A stretch of 64,000 nucleotides of DNA from Candidatus Eremiobacteria bacterium (lineage in GTDB: Bacteria; Vulcanimicrobiota; Vulcanimicrobiia; Vulcanimicrobiales; Vulcanimicrobiaceae): NCBI GenBank assembly GCA_963737065.1, contig CAVTRC010000001.1:672001-736000 (forward strand). Direction: 5' to 3'. How positions within the stretch are numbered: position 1 is the stretch's first letter; each line of letters begins with the position of its first letter. The notes under the pieces are model-generated. The model was not told the DNA's origin and searched no databases. It worked only from the letters and a program-made list of their open reading frames with translations. Both the position numbers and the translations under genes were made by a program. Shown here piece after piece: positions 10,170 through 19,250 of this stretch.

Positions 10170-11642
10170 CTAGAGCTTCAAGTCGCTCGCCCCGATCGAG
10201 AACGTGTAGCGTTCCTCGGAGACGCGCTCCGCGTAGAGCGCGTTGACGTAGGTGCTCGACGCCGTTGCAAAGAGTGACTGCGCCGTGACGATATCGGTGA
10301 TCGTTGCGGCGCCCACGCGATAGCGAGCTTCCGTCGCTTGCACGTTCACAACCGCGCTGTTCAATCCCGATTGCGCTTCTACGAGAGCCGCGCGCGCCGA
10401 GATGACCTGCGACAGTGCGGTCCGCACGTCGGACTCGACGGTCAGTTTCGTCGACACCAGCGCCGCATTCGCTTGATCGAGTTGCGATGCCGCGAGCGCG
10501 ACGTTGTAGTTCGTCAACCCTTGGTCGTAGATCGGAATCGAGATCGTTGCGCCGAGCTGTCCACTTCCGCTATAGGGCAGCGCGCCGTTCGCACCGGGCG
10601 CGAGGATCCGTCCGGTACCGGATGACGCATTTGCGTTGATCGACGGAAAGCGCGCCAGCTTTGCAAACCGGACATTCTCTTGCGATGACTCGACCGTATG
10701 AATCGCCGCCAGGTAGTCGGGACGCAAATTCAACGCTTCGTTGAGCGCCTGCTGATAGGGAAGCGTTTTTACTTGCGGCGGCGAGGACGACAGACGCTGC
10801 GGCTGAATTGCCGTATCCGCATCCAATCCCAGCGTCGTCGCAAACGTCGCTTGTGCGCCGATCGCGGAACTCTGAGCCGCGACGAGCGCACCGCGCGCCT
10901 GCGCGGTTTGCGATTCTGCGGCTGCAAGGTCGGAACGCGCTGCGGCGCCTGCGCGAATCTGCGCGGAAATCGCCTTCTCTTGCGTTTCGAACTGTCGCAC
11001 GACGAGCGCATCCGCATCAACGGTTGCATCGGCTTGGAGTACGCCGTAATAGGCATTCGCGACGTTGAATGCGAGCGTTTGCACTTGCCGAACGAGCGTG
11101 TCTTTACCGGCGATATCGGCTTCACGTGCCGAATGGATGCCCGCGATGACGCGCCCGCCGTCATAAATCAACTGCGTGAGCGCAACGTCCGCTCGTTCCT
11201 GCGTAACCATCGAGCCGCCGGTATTCCCCGTGCCGCCCGTATTTGTACCGCTGCCGGCGCCGTAGCTTCGCGTGATCGAACCGTTGGCGCTGATGTTGGG
11301 GTAGAGCGCACCCAATTCCGAACCGTACCGCGCATAAATTGCACGGTACTGCGCGCGCTCGGATGCGAATGCGGGTGACTGCGCGACCGCGATATCAACG
11401 GCCTGTTCGAGCGAGACGTTCGTCGGCACACCTGCGCGCTGGCGCTGCGCCGCGACGTCGGGCGCAGGTGTGCCGTATGCGGGATACGGGATCGGCGTGC
11501 TCGACGTGGTCGGAAGCGGCATTGCGGATGGCGCCGTAACCGGCGCTTGGTGCGGCTGCGCGCTTGCGTGTAAAGGCACAGCGGGAGCCAGCACGAGCGC
11601 AAAGGCGAGCGTTCGCGCGAAAACGTTGAGCGCGCGACTCAC
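10170..11642 (-). CDS. TolC family outer-membrane efflux protein
   Basis: Signal peptide; SLEQAVDIAV, QLIYDGG, LRPDY, SIPIYDQG, RYRVGAAT repeats. Confidence 0.9.
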   Translation of the reverse strand: MSRALNVFARTLAFALVLAPAVPLHASAQPHQAPVTAPSAMPLPTTSSTPIPYPAYGTPAPDVAAQRQRAGVPTNVSLEQAVDIAVAQSPAFASERAQYRAIYARYGSELGALYPNISANGSITRSYGAGSGTNTGGTGNTGGSMVTQERADVALTQLIYDGGRVIAGIHSAREADIAGKDTLVRQVQTLAFNVANAYYGVLQADATVDADALVVRQFETQEKAISAQIRAGAAARSDLAAAESQTAQARGALVAAQSSAIGAQATFATTLGLDADTAIQPQRLSSSPPQVKTLPYQQALNEALNLRPDYLAAIHTVESSQENVRFAKLARFPSINANASSGTGRILAPGANGALPYSGSGQLGATISIPIYDQGLTNYNVALAASQLDQANAALVSTKLTVESDVRTALSQVISARAALVEAQSGLNSAVVNVQATEARYRVGAATITDIVTAQSLFATASSTYVNALYAERVSEERYTFSIGASDLKL

Positions 11643-12904
11643 TGCGAGTTCGATCCTCCGTTCGATCCACTCGCGGGAGCCGCGCCGTTAATCGCAACGA
11701 CGCTGCCATCCTTCAGCGCATCCGGGCGTGTCGTGATGACCTTCGTGCCTGGTTGAACCTGCGGTGAATCGACTTCCGCAAGCGTGTCGGTCTGAATGCC
11801 GACGCGCACGGGGACTTCCTTGGCTTTGTTGTCGGCGCCGACGACGTAAACGGCGTTTCCGTTTTCGGTTTGCGCGACCGCCGTACGCGGAACGACGATC
11901 GCGTTGTTACGCGCTTCCTTTGTAATCGTCGCCGTCACCAGCATGCCGCCGCGCAGGATATCGCTCGGGTTCGCCATTTGGATACGAGCGAGATACGATA
12001 GCGTGCCTTGCGTCGGTACGGCGTTCACCGTGCTGATATTCGCCGAGAAGTTTTTTCCGGGAAGCGAACTGGACGTAAAGCGGACGCGCGTACCCGGACG
12101 CACGTAGGCAAGATCTTCATCGGGCACGTTGATATTGACCCAGACGGTGTCGATGCGCGAAATCGCGAGCACCGGCTGTTGCGGACTCGCGTACGCGCCC
12201 GGATCCAACAGGCGCTGCGTGATCACGCCTGAGTACGGCGCGTATAACGTCGTCTGCGAGATCTGCGTGCGCAACGTGTTCGCGTTCGCCGCGGCCGCTT
12301 GTGCGCCGGCTTGCGCCGCTTTTACGTTTTGCGCGCTGACCGTATTGTTCAACAGTCCCTTTTGCGCGTTCTGTACTGTGTTTTGCGCTTGGACGTATGC
12401 GGCGCGCGCGGCCTCCAGCTGCGCTTGCGAAACGTAGCCTTCCTTGAAGAGCGCTTGATCTTGATTGTAGACGAGCTTTGCATTATTGAGCGCCGCTTGC
12501 GCCGTTGTGACGGCCGTATTATTTTGTTCCATCTGCGCGGGCAGTCCGACTTGCGCGCCGGTCGCGCTCGCACTCTGCTGCGCCGCCTGCGCTTCGGCTT
12601 GCGCCAGTTGGGCGCGCAACGTCGAATCGTCGATCTTCGCAAGCACTTCGCCCGTCACGACACGATCGCCGACATTGACGTTGATTGCCGTCAGCGGTCC
12701 GCTTTGCTGAAACGCGAGCGTCGACTGCTGAAGCGGCGCGATCTGTCCGTCGAGTGAGATATATGTCGCAATGTCGCGGCGCTGCGCGCTCGCGACGTCG
12801 ACGTTGAGCGGCATCGCTCCGCGTTGCTGGCCGCCGCCTTTGCCGCATCCGCTCAAAAGAATCGCCGCGATCGTTCCGACGACCGCCGCACGTTGATATC
12901 GCAT
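11639..12904 (-). CDS. Efflux periplasmic adaptor (membrane fusion protein), lipoprotein
   Basis: Lipobox LLSGC; VNVGDRVVTGEVLAKID, LYAPYSGVI, LRGGM, IVVPRTAV motifs. Confidence 0.9.
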   Translation of the reverse strand: MRYQRAAVVGTIAAILLSGCGKGGGQQRGAMPLNVDVASAQRRDIATYISLDGQIAPLQQSTLAFQQSGPLTAINVNVGDRVVTGEVLAKIDDSTLRAQLAQAEAQAAQQSASATGAQVGLPAQMEQNNTAVTTAQAALNNAKLVYNQDQALFKEGYVSQAQLEAARAAYVQAQNTVQNAQKGLLNNTVSAQNVKAAQAGAQAAAANANTLRTQISQTTLYAPYSGVITQRLLDPGAYASPQQPVLAISRIDTVWVNINVPDEDLAYVRPGTRVRFTSSSLPGKNFSANISTVNAVPTQGTLSYLARIQMANPSDILRGGMLVTATITKEARNNAIVVPRTAVAQTENGNAVYVVGADNKAKEVPVRVGIQTDTLAEVDSPQVQPGTKVITTRPDALKDGSVVAINGAAPASGSNGGSNSQ

Positions 12905-13104
12905 CGTTCTCCTACCGTCCACAACAAACAAAAGCCGCGTCTGTTCCTTCAGTGAGTCAACGTAGACTATACGGCCGCGAGGCGAAAATTGATTCATACC
13001 TTGGGCCGCAAACCTGAAAACAGCCTGTTATGCTGTTCGTCGCTTCCGCGTTACCTTCGGTAACTCCCGAGGAGCGCGTGGGGTTTCCTCGTATCCTCCC
13101 CCGC

Positions 13105-13500
13105 ATGAGCGCGAAACTGGACATTGGCCGCTCGTATAGTCTGCAAACTCGCGTCGAGGAGTGGATGACCGCCGATAAAGCGGGAAACAAGGGAGTCGAA
13201 GCGCTCTCGACCTCGGTGCTGGTTCAATTGGTCGAAAACGCGGCGATCGCGTGTTTGGAACCAATACTCGGAACGGAAACCGTATCGCTCGGAACGCATA
13301 TAGACGTCGAGCATCACAAACCCGTGCCGGTAGGCTTCATCGTTCGAACTGAGGTGGAGATCGTAATGATTGACGGTCCTCGCGTCAGTTTTGCCGTCCA
13401 GGTCTTCGACGAGCAAGAGGCCGTTGCGGAGGGAACACACGAACGCTATCTGATCGAGCGTTCGAAGTTTCTCGCCAGGCTTGAGGAAAAGCTTGCGTAA
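13105..13500 (+). CDS. Hotdog-fold thioesterase (fluoroacetyl-CoA thioesterase FlK-like)
   Basis: ALSTSVLVQLVENAA, SLGTHIDVEH, EGTHER motifs. Confidence 0.85.
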   Translation: MSAKLDIGRSYSLQTRVEEWMTADKAGNKGVEALSTSVLVQLVENAAIACLEPILGTETVSLGTHIDVEHHKPVPVGFIVRTEVEIVMIDGPRVSFAVQVFDEQEAVAEGTHERYLIERSKFLARLEEKLA

Positions 13501-13536
13501 CCGTTTGGTCCAAAGAAACCGAGAACTTGCCCGGCT

Positions 13537-13694
13537 CATACTGCAGGGTGGGCAATCGTCCTCCCGAACAGATGAACAAAGATTGTTTTGGGAGCACCTT
13601 TGCCCTTAGCCCGAGTGGCTGGCGCACGGGTTTTCCGCGTGGTAAACACGCGCACCCGGACAAGCTAAGTTCTAGAACTTACTAGGAGGAAACA
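13537..13694 (+). promoter_or_regulatory. Putative -10 box and structured 5' leader of the stalk/beta-barrel gene
   Basis: CATACT 13537-42; nested stems GGGCAA/TTGCCC, CTCCCGAACA/TGTTTTGGGAG, CTTAGC/GCTAAG, CGCGTG/CACGCG; AGGAGG RBS before TTG. Confidence 0.45.
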
Positions 13695-15008
13695 TTGAAG
13701 CGACTGAGCACCGGAGTCCTGGCCGCGGTTTTGGCCGCCGGCTTCGGACTTAACGCGGTCGCAGCCCCTGCCGGCGCCTCGCATGGAAACATTGGAACCA
13801 ACGCGATCGCGCAAGCGGGTGGCTCGACCTCGGCTCCGCCGGCGAACTTCGGTTCTCCGCCGTCGGGGCAGATCCCGATTCTCTTCAACGACCACCATGT
13901 CTATGCTAAGCCCGACGTCCTGAAGCAGGGTCGCGTGCTTGCCGCACTCGTTCGCGGCGGTACGGTTTTGATTCCGCTTCGTTCAATGTTCGAGCAGATG
14001 GGCGCGACCGTTTCGTACGACGCGGCCAACAAGACGGTGGACGTTAGTAAACCGGGCGCCGACGTGAAGGTCACGGTCGGTAAACCCGAAGTTATCATCA
14101 ACGGCGAAACGCGTCCGCTCGACGTGCCGCCGATGATGTACCAAGGTCACGTTCTCGTTCCGGTTCGTGTTATTTCGGAAGGCATGGGAGCCTACGTGCA
14201 ATGGGTGCCCGACAAGCAAGTCGTCGTCGTGCGTTATCTGCCGCCGACGCCTCCGCCGCCGCCCACGCCGGCTCCGACCGAAGCACCGACCGTTGCGCCA
14301 ACACCGACTCCGACGCCCGCACCGACGCCGTACTTCGATCACTTTGTGGTGGGCGACTATCTATTCTCACCGAAGGTGTATAACGAGTTCAACAACGGCG
14401 CGACGCAGAGCAACACCAACGGATTCTCATATGCAATTCGTGGTGGGCTCGAATTCCCGCTCTTCAACATTCCGTGGATGCTCGAGGGCGATTATCGTCA
14501 ATTCAACTATCCACACAACTGTAACGGAACCGCCGGCGATCCGTCGTGCTACGTCACGACGATCGGCTCAACGGGACAAACGTTCGTCCCGCAGTTCACG
14601 GTTCGCGACTACGACTTCGATGTGCGACTCGGCCTGCGCGTTTTGCAACCGCGCATCTACATCGGCGTCGGTTACATGTGGAAGGGCAACAACGCCGGCT
14701 ATCCGCGCATGAGCAACATCGGTTTCGGCATCGAAAAACTGCCGGATCTGAATCAACCGTTCTCCGTGTACGGTAGCGCCTGGTATTACCCGAACGTGAA
14801 GGGCAACTTCACGGATCCGGGCACCGGCGTCGGCTATCAACTCGCGTACAATATTCTCAAGACGCAACTCGGCTTCACGTATGCGTTCCAAGGCAGCCCG
14901 CTGTTCCTGGAAGCCGGCGTGTTGGGCGAGAGCCAGAAGAATAAGAGCAACGCTCCGACCGACGGTTCGAATATGGCGATCTACGCCGGTATCGGACTGA
15001 AGTTCTAG
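13695..15008 (+). CDS. Secreted Cu-amine-oxidase N-terminal (stalk) domain + Pro/Thr linker + probable outer-membrane beta-barrel
   Basis: Signal peptide; GTVLIPLRSMFEQMGATVSYD and LDVPP..GHVLVPVRVISEGMGA stalk repeats; PTPT linker; aromatic alternating strands ending IYAGIGLKF. Confidence 0.8.
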   Translation: MKRLSTGVLAAVLAAGFGLNAVAAPAGASHGNIGTNAIAQAGGSTSAPPANFGSPPSGQIPILFNDHHVYAKPDVLKQGRVLAALVRGGTVLIPLRSMFEQMGATVSYDAANKTVDVSKPGADVKVTVGKPEVIINGETRPLDVPPMMYQGHVLVPVRVISEGMGAYVQWVPDKQVVVVRYLPPTPPPPPTPAPTEAPTVAPTPTPTPAPTPYFDHFVVGDYLFSPKVYNEFNNGATQSNTNGFSYAIRGGLEFPLFNIPWMLEGDYRQFNYPHNCNGTAGDPSCYVTTIGSTGQTFVPQFTVRDYDFDVRLGLRVLQPRIYIGVGYMWKGNNAGYPRMSNIGFGIEKLPDLNQPFSVYGSAWYYPNVKGNFTDPGTGVGYQLAYNILKTQLGFTYAFQGSPLFLEAGVLGESQKNKSNAPTDGSNMAIYAGIGLKF

Positions 15009-15083
15009 ACGGTTCGGCCCGCCGCGAACGCAGCGGGTCGCATCGCTTGCTCCGAACCTTCACCCGCATCGTGCGGGCACCCC

Positions 15084-15126
15084 AAAAAAGGAAGAACGGC
15101 TCCGCGAAAGCGGGGCCGTTCTTCTT
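15084..15126. terminator. Bidirectional rho-independent terminator
   Basis: AAGAACGGCTCCGC-GAAA-GCGGGGCCGTTCTT hairpin flanked by A6 and TTCTT between convergent genes. Confidence 0.85.
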
Positions 15127-15149
15127 GTAACATCGTTTGCCGTACGGCG

Positions 15150-16043
15150 TTACGCGTGCGTCGTCGCAGATGCCGACGGCGCGGTCGCGGCGGACGACGG
15201 CGCCATCGTGGCGGGCAACGGCGCGGTCGTCGCCGGCGACGGAGCGGTCGTGGACGGCGCAGCCGTGCTCGCCGGTGATGGGAAGTTCGACGGTGCCGGC
15301 GTCGGTGATTCGAGCAGCGGTGACGGTTTTACGCACGGCGGTTGAATGACGTCGACCTTCGGTTGTCCCGGCTTCGGCGTTGGTGTGGGCGCGGGTGTCG
15401 GCGTTGGAGTCGGCGTCGGTGTCGGCGATGGCGTCGGGGTCGGTCTTCTGTTCGGAGGACCGGACGTCGGAGTGTCGGTGGGTTCCGGCGTCGGACAAAG
15501 CTCCGCATTCGCAAAGTAGTGTTCGGTGAACCCCTTCGCCATATCGGTTTTCTCGAGTTTTCCGAAATATGTCGTCGAGAACGTGGGGCTCGTCAGGATG
15601 TGCATGTACTGCCAAGCTTTGTCCTGATAGCTCTTGATGTAGATCTTCTTATACATCCTGATTGCCAGGAAGTAGCTGCGGGCGAGTTGCGGATCGCCCG
15701 GATATTTCTGCGCCCACGCTTGCAAAGCTTCATCCGCGAAATTGACCTTGTTGATCACGTTCGCATCGGTCGTATAGTCGCCCGCGCGAATGAATTCGTC
15801 GTGGAACGTGTTGTTGATGCCCAGATAACTCAGCTTCATCCGGCCGAAATACTCGTCACCCGGCGCTGAGTTCTGAAAGCGCTCGCAAACGTCGTGCGCG
15901 TATTTGCTCTTTGCAGTAGAGCAAGGGTCCTTCGGCGTTGCGGTCGGTTTCGCCGCCGGTGCGGCGGCGTTCACCGTGCCATAACCGGCGTTTGCGACGG
16001 CGACCGCTGCGGCAGTCGCAATTGTGAGTAACGTGCGCTTCAC
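15150..16043 (-). CDS. Secreted hypothetical protein with Pro/Thr/Ala-rich C-terminal region
   Basis: GTG start after AGGAG/GAGG; signal peptide MKRTLLTIATAAAVAVA; helical core (APGDEYFGRMKLS); PTPT repeats. Confidence 0.75.
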   Translation of the reverse strand: MKRTLLTIATAAAVAVANAGYGTVNAAAPAAKPTATPKDPCSTAKSKYAHDVCERFQNSAPGDEYFGRMKLSYLGINNTFHDEFIRAGDYTTDANVINKVNFADEALQAWAQKYPGDPQLARSYFLAIRMYKKIYIKSYQDKAWQYMHILTSPTFSTTYFGKLEKTDMAKGFTEHYFANAELCPTPEPTDTPTSGPPNRRPTPTPSPTPTPTPTPTPAPTPTPKPGQPKVDVIQPPCVKPSPLLESPTPAPSNFPSPASTAAPSTTAPSPATTAPLPATMAPSSAATAPSASATTHA

Positions 16044-16152
16044 GTATAGCCTCTGTCTCCTAATGAAAGCGGCAGTAGCTTTTGAGGGGCCTATTCGCTT
16101 CAGGGAACGTCTGTCCCATGCCGGAATGTCACAGCGGCGTTTCGTAGAAGCG

Positions 16153-17412
16153 ATGGGCGTGGCAACGACGTTACGCGTGGCCGCGCTGCAACTTGCGGCG
16201 CACGATCGCGCCGATTTCGAAAAGGCAGAGCGATCCTTGCGCGTCGATGTCACGAACGCAGCGCGCGAGCACGATGTGCTCGTGCTCCCTGAAGCGACCC
16301 TTCCTGCATATGTTCTCGGCGACGATCGCGTTGATGATGAGTCAATTGCGCGCGCACTCGGCCGTTTGCAAGCCATCGCTCGCGAATCGACATGCGTCAT
16401 CGTTGCCGGCGCAGCGATTCGCCGAGCAGGCAAGCTCTATAACAGCGCGGTGATTATCGATGCCGACGGCACGATCGCGGGAAGCTCCGAGAAGATTTTC
16501 CTCTGGCATTTCGACCGGAAGTGGTTCGCGCGGGGCGAGCGGATCGCGCCGGTGGAAACGCGCGCCGGGCGTTTGGGCGTGATGATCTGCGCGGACGGAC
16601 GCATGCCCAACATCGCGCAGACGCTGGTCGATCGCGGTGCCGACCTTCTCGTTATGCCGACCGCGTGGGTGACATCGGGACGCGATCCCAACGCGCTCGA
16701 AAACATTCAAGCCGATTTACTTGCGCGCGTTCGTGCATTTGAGAACGGCGTACCGTTCGTCGCCGCGAACAAGTGCGGCGCCGAAATGAACATGGTCGCG
16801 TACTGCGGCAAGTCGCAAATCATCGATTGCACGGGTGAAGTCGTCGCAATCGCCTCGCAGCACGAGCCAGGCATCATCGAGGCTTCGATCGTGCTCGGTG
16901 TAGGATCACGTATCCCCGCGCCGGTGCTGAAGCCCATAGAACGGTTGCCGCGCGCCGACGCCGTGCGCGTCGCATTCTCGCTTGACGGTGTCGGCGATAT
17001 CGCGCGACGTCTGGAGATCCTCGACGCCGAAGAATTCATTACGCCGGCGAGCGATGAGTGTATCGACGCGGAGATCGCGCTCGATCCAGGCGCACTTCCG
17101 AAATATCGTGCCGCCGGCTACCGCCGGGTCGTTCTCGACGCGCAACGTTCGCATCCGTGGCTCGAACGCATCGCTCGCGCTCGCGCGGCGGAACTGCGGA
17201 TCTTCGTCGTCGTTTTCGATCGCGAACGCGATCGCGCGTATGCCGTCGACCCGGACGGCACAATCATCGCGGGTACGTATGACGGCTTGCGGATCGCGAG
17301 CGCCGCGATGGACTTCCGGCGCACGAACGAAACGATGGTCGCGCCCGGGACCGACGTGGACGTCGGCCTCGCCACGGTCGCCTCGATCGCAAACGCGGAC
17401 GAACGCGTGTGA
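16153..17412 (+). CDS. Carbon-nitrogen hydrolase (nitrilase superfamily) with C-terminal extension
   Basis: E-K-C triad in LPEA, SEKIFLW, MICADG; ARAFENG. Confidence 0.85.
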   Translation: MGVATTLRVAALQLAAHDRADFEKAERSLRVDVTNAAREHDVLVLPEATLPAYVLGDDRVDDESIARALGRLQAIARESTCVIVAGAAIRRAGKLYNSAVIIDADGTIAGSSEKIFLWHFDRKWFARGERIAPVETRAGRLGVMICADGRMPNIAQTLVDRGADLLVMPTAWVTSGRDPNALENIQADLLARVRAFENGVPFVAANKCGAEMNMVAYCGKSQIIDCTGEVVAIASQHEPGIIEASIVLGVGSRIPAPVLKPIERLPRADAVRVAFSLDGVGDIARRLEILDAEEFITPASDECIDAEIALDPGALPKYRAAGYRRVVLDAQRSHPWLERIARARAAELRIFVVVFDRERDRAYAVDPDGTIIAGTYDGLRIASAAMDFRRTNETMVAPGTDVDVGLATVASIANADERV

Positions 17413-17978
17413 CGACGCCTTCGAAGGTGTACGAAGAGGCGACCGAGCGCGACGAGCAAATCGCGCACGGCCAGCGCTTTATCCCGCTCGTTGCGGCGAT
17501 CATCGCCGTGCTCGCGGCACTCGGCACGATGCTCTCACATCATCGTTCGGTGGAAGCGCTCAATCTCAAGAACAACGCGATTTTGACCACGACGAAAGCC
17601 TCCGATCAATACACGACCTATCAGACGAAACGCGTGCGCGTGGCCGTGTACTCGACGCTTCTGCTCGGCGACGTCATCCGTGCTCCGAAGGGACGTGCGA
17701 ACACGCAGAAGGCGCTCGATCACGAACAGGCCACCTCCGTCGCTATCCTCAAGGAAGCGCAGCGGTTGGAACAGCGCGCCGCCGAGGAGCAACAAGAATC
17801 GGAAAAACTGATGGCGTCGTTCGTCACACTGGAAGTCGGCACGACCCTCTTCGAAATTGCGATCGTACTCTCGTCGATCTCGGCAATGACGCAATCGCGC
17901 GCGTTGCTTTGGGTTGCGATAGGAACGTCGGTAATCGGAATTATCCTACTCGTCATCGGGTACGCTCCGGCACATTGA
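17409..17978 (+). CDS. DUF4337-like membrane protein
   Basis: AAIIAVLAALG, KASDQYTTYQTK, LFEIAIVLSSIS pattern; GTGA overlap. Confidence 0.75.
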   Translation: MTTPSKVYEEATERDEQIAHGQRFIPLVAAIIAVLAALGTMLSHHRSVEALNLKNNAILTTTKASDQYTTYQTKRVRVAVYSTLLLGDVIRAPKGRANTQKALDHEQATSVAILKEAQRLEQRAAEEQQESEKLMASFVTLEVGTTLFEIAIVLSSISAMTQSRALLWVAIGTSVIGIILLVIGYAPAH

Positions 17979-19222
17979 TCCGACGCCTGCTCGCCGCCGC
18001 GTTGCTGATCGCGGTTACCGTTGGCGCATCGCCGCATCGCGCGCACAACCGAAAAGCCGTTGCGTCATTTACGCTGCCGGATCTTCCGCTGGTTCCCGGC
18101 AGCGTCGTGCCGATCGACGTGCAAGGTTTGGCGCCGCCGTACGATGTCGATATTCTAGGCCCCGGCCGGTTCAGCGCCGGCGAATACTGGGTCCCGAGCG
18201 TGGTTGGCGGGACCGCGACCGTACTCGCGGCCGGCCCGAGCGCGCTCGCCATGCGATCCATCACATTCGCGCCGCCCCCGAGCGCGCAACAACCCTTCGT
18301 TGCGGTCGCCTCATACGATGACGGCGTCGTGTTCCACGATGCTGCGCCACCGTTTGCGATGCGCGCCATTCTCGGTGTGGGCGGCGCGCCGAGCGATGTC
18401 GCGATCGACCCTTCCGGTGAGATTGCGGCCGCCGCGACGAACGGCACGATCGCCGCAATCGCGACGTTACAGCCATGGAACGTATCAACCTACTCCGCCG
18501 TGCCGTTCACCGACGAGCTCGCCTTTGATACGTCGACGCACGCGCTCTACGCTTCCAATCGTGACGTGAACGGTGCCGGTGCGGTCACGCGAATCGCGCC
18601 CGACGGCACGATTCGTCAACGTGTGATCGGATTGACCGCCGAAGGAATCGCCGTCGACGCTCGCCGGCGCCGAGTGTACGTCGCGAACGTGAACGACGGC
18701 ACCGTTTCCATCGTCGACGCCGATTCACTCGTCGAGCTTCGCCGCTTCAAGGCCGTTCCGCGCGTTTTCTCGCTCGCGCTCGACGACGACGGCTCGCGGC
18801 TCTATGCCGTATCGAATCAAAGTCTGACGTCGCCCTTCGGATCCGCGGGCTCCGTGATCGCGATCGACGTCTCGCGCGACGTACCACGTATCGTCGCCCG
18901 CACCCGCGCCTTGACGTTTCCCGTCGGCGTCGCGGTTGACGACCGGCATCACCGCATTTTCGTCACCGACGAGCACGACGACGATGTCGATGTGTTCGAT
19001 TCGCGCACGCTGCACCCGGCGCACGCGCCGCTGCTTACGTGCCGCACGCCGTGGAAGCCGCTCGTCGACGAAAGCCGCCTCTACGTTCCGTGCGCGCGAT
19101 CCAATAACGTCGACGTCATCGACACCACGACGTTGAAACGTGAGGCGGGAGCACCGTTCGCGACGGGCGGCTATCCGCTCGCCGTCGCGGTATGGCACCC
19201 GCACGCCTCCGTCGTACGTTAG
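17975..19222 (+). CDS. Secreted YncE/YVTN-like beta-propeller protein
   Basis: TTGA overlap start; signal peptide; repeats GIAVD..RVYVAN..GTVSIVD, PVGVAVD..IFVTD. Confidence 0.8.
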   Translation: MIRRLLAAALLIAVTVGASPHRAHNRKAVASFTLPDLPLVPGSVVPIDVQGLAPPYDVDILGPGRFSAGEYWVPSVVGGTATVLAAGPSALAMRSITFAPPPSAQQPFVAVASYDDGVVFHDAAPPFAMRAILGVGGAPSDVAIDPSGEIAAAATNGTIAAIATLQPWNVSTYSAVPFTDELAFDTSTHALYASNRDVNGAGAVTRIAPDGTIRQRVIGLTAEGIAVDARRRRVYVANVNDGTVSIVDADSLVELRRFKAVPRVFSLALDDDGSRLYAVSNQSLTSPFGSAGSVIAIDVSRDVPRIVARTRALTFPVGVAVDDRHHRIFVTDEHDDDVDVFDSRTLHPAHAPLLTCRTPWKPLVDESRLYVPCARSNNVDVIDTTTLKREAGAPFATGGYPLAVAVWHPHASVVR

Positions 19223-19250
19223 CAACCTCCGAAGGAGAAAATCCTGATCC

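Noticed and set aside
13548..13670. c-di-GMP-I (GEMM) riboswitch suggested by GGGCAA start
   Set aside because: No GNRA tetraloop/receptor or GACGCAAAG core; kept only as an unclassified structured leader
15370..15445. Short tandem repeats (also at 14240-14330 and 43400-43560)
   Set aside because: Encode Pro/Thr/Ala linkers
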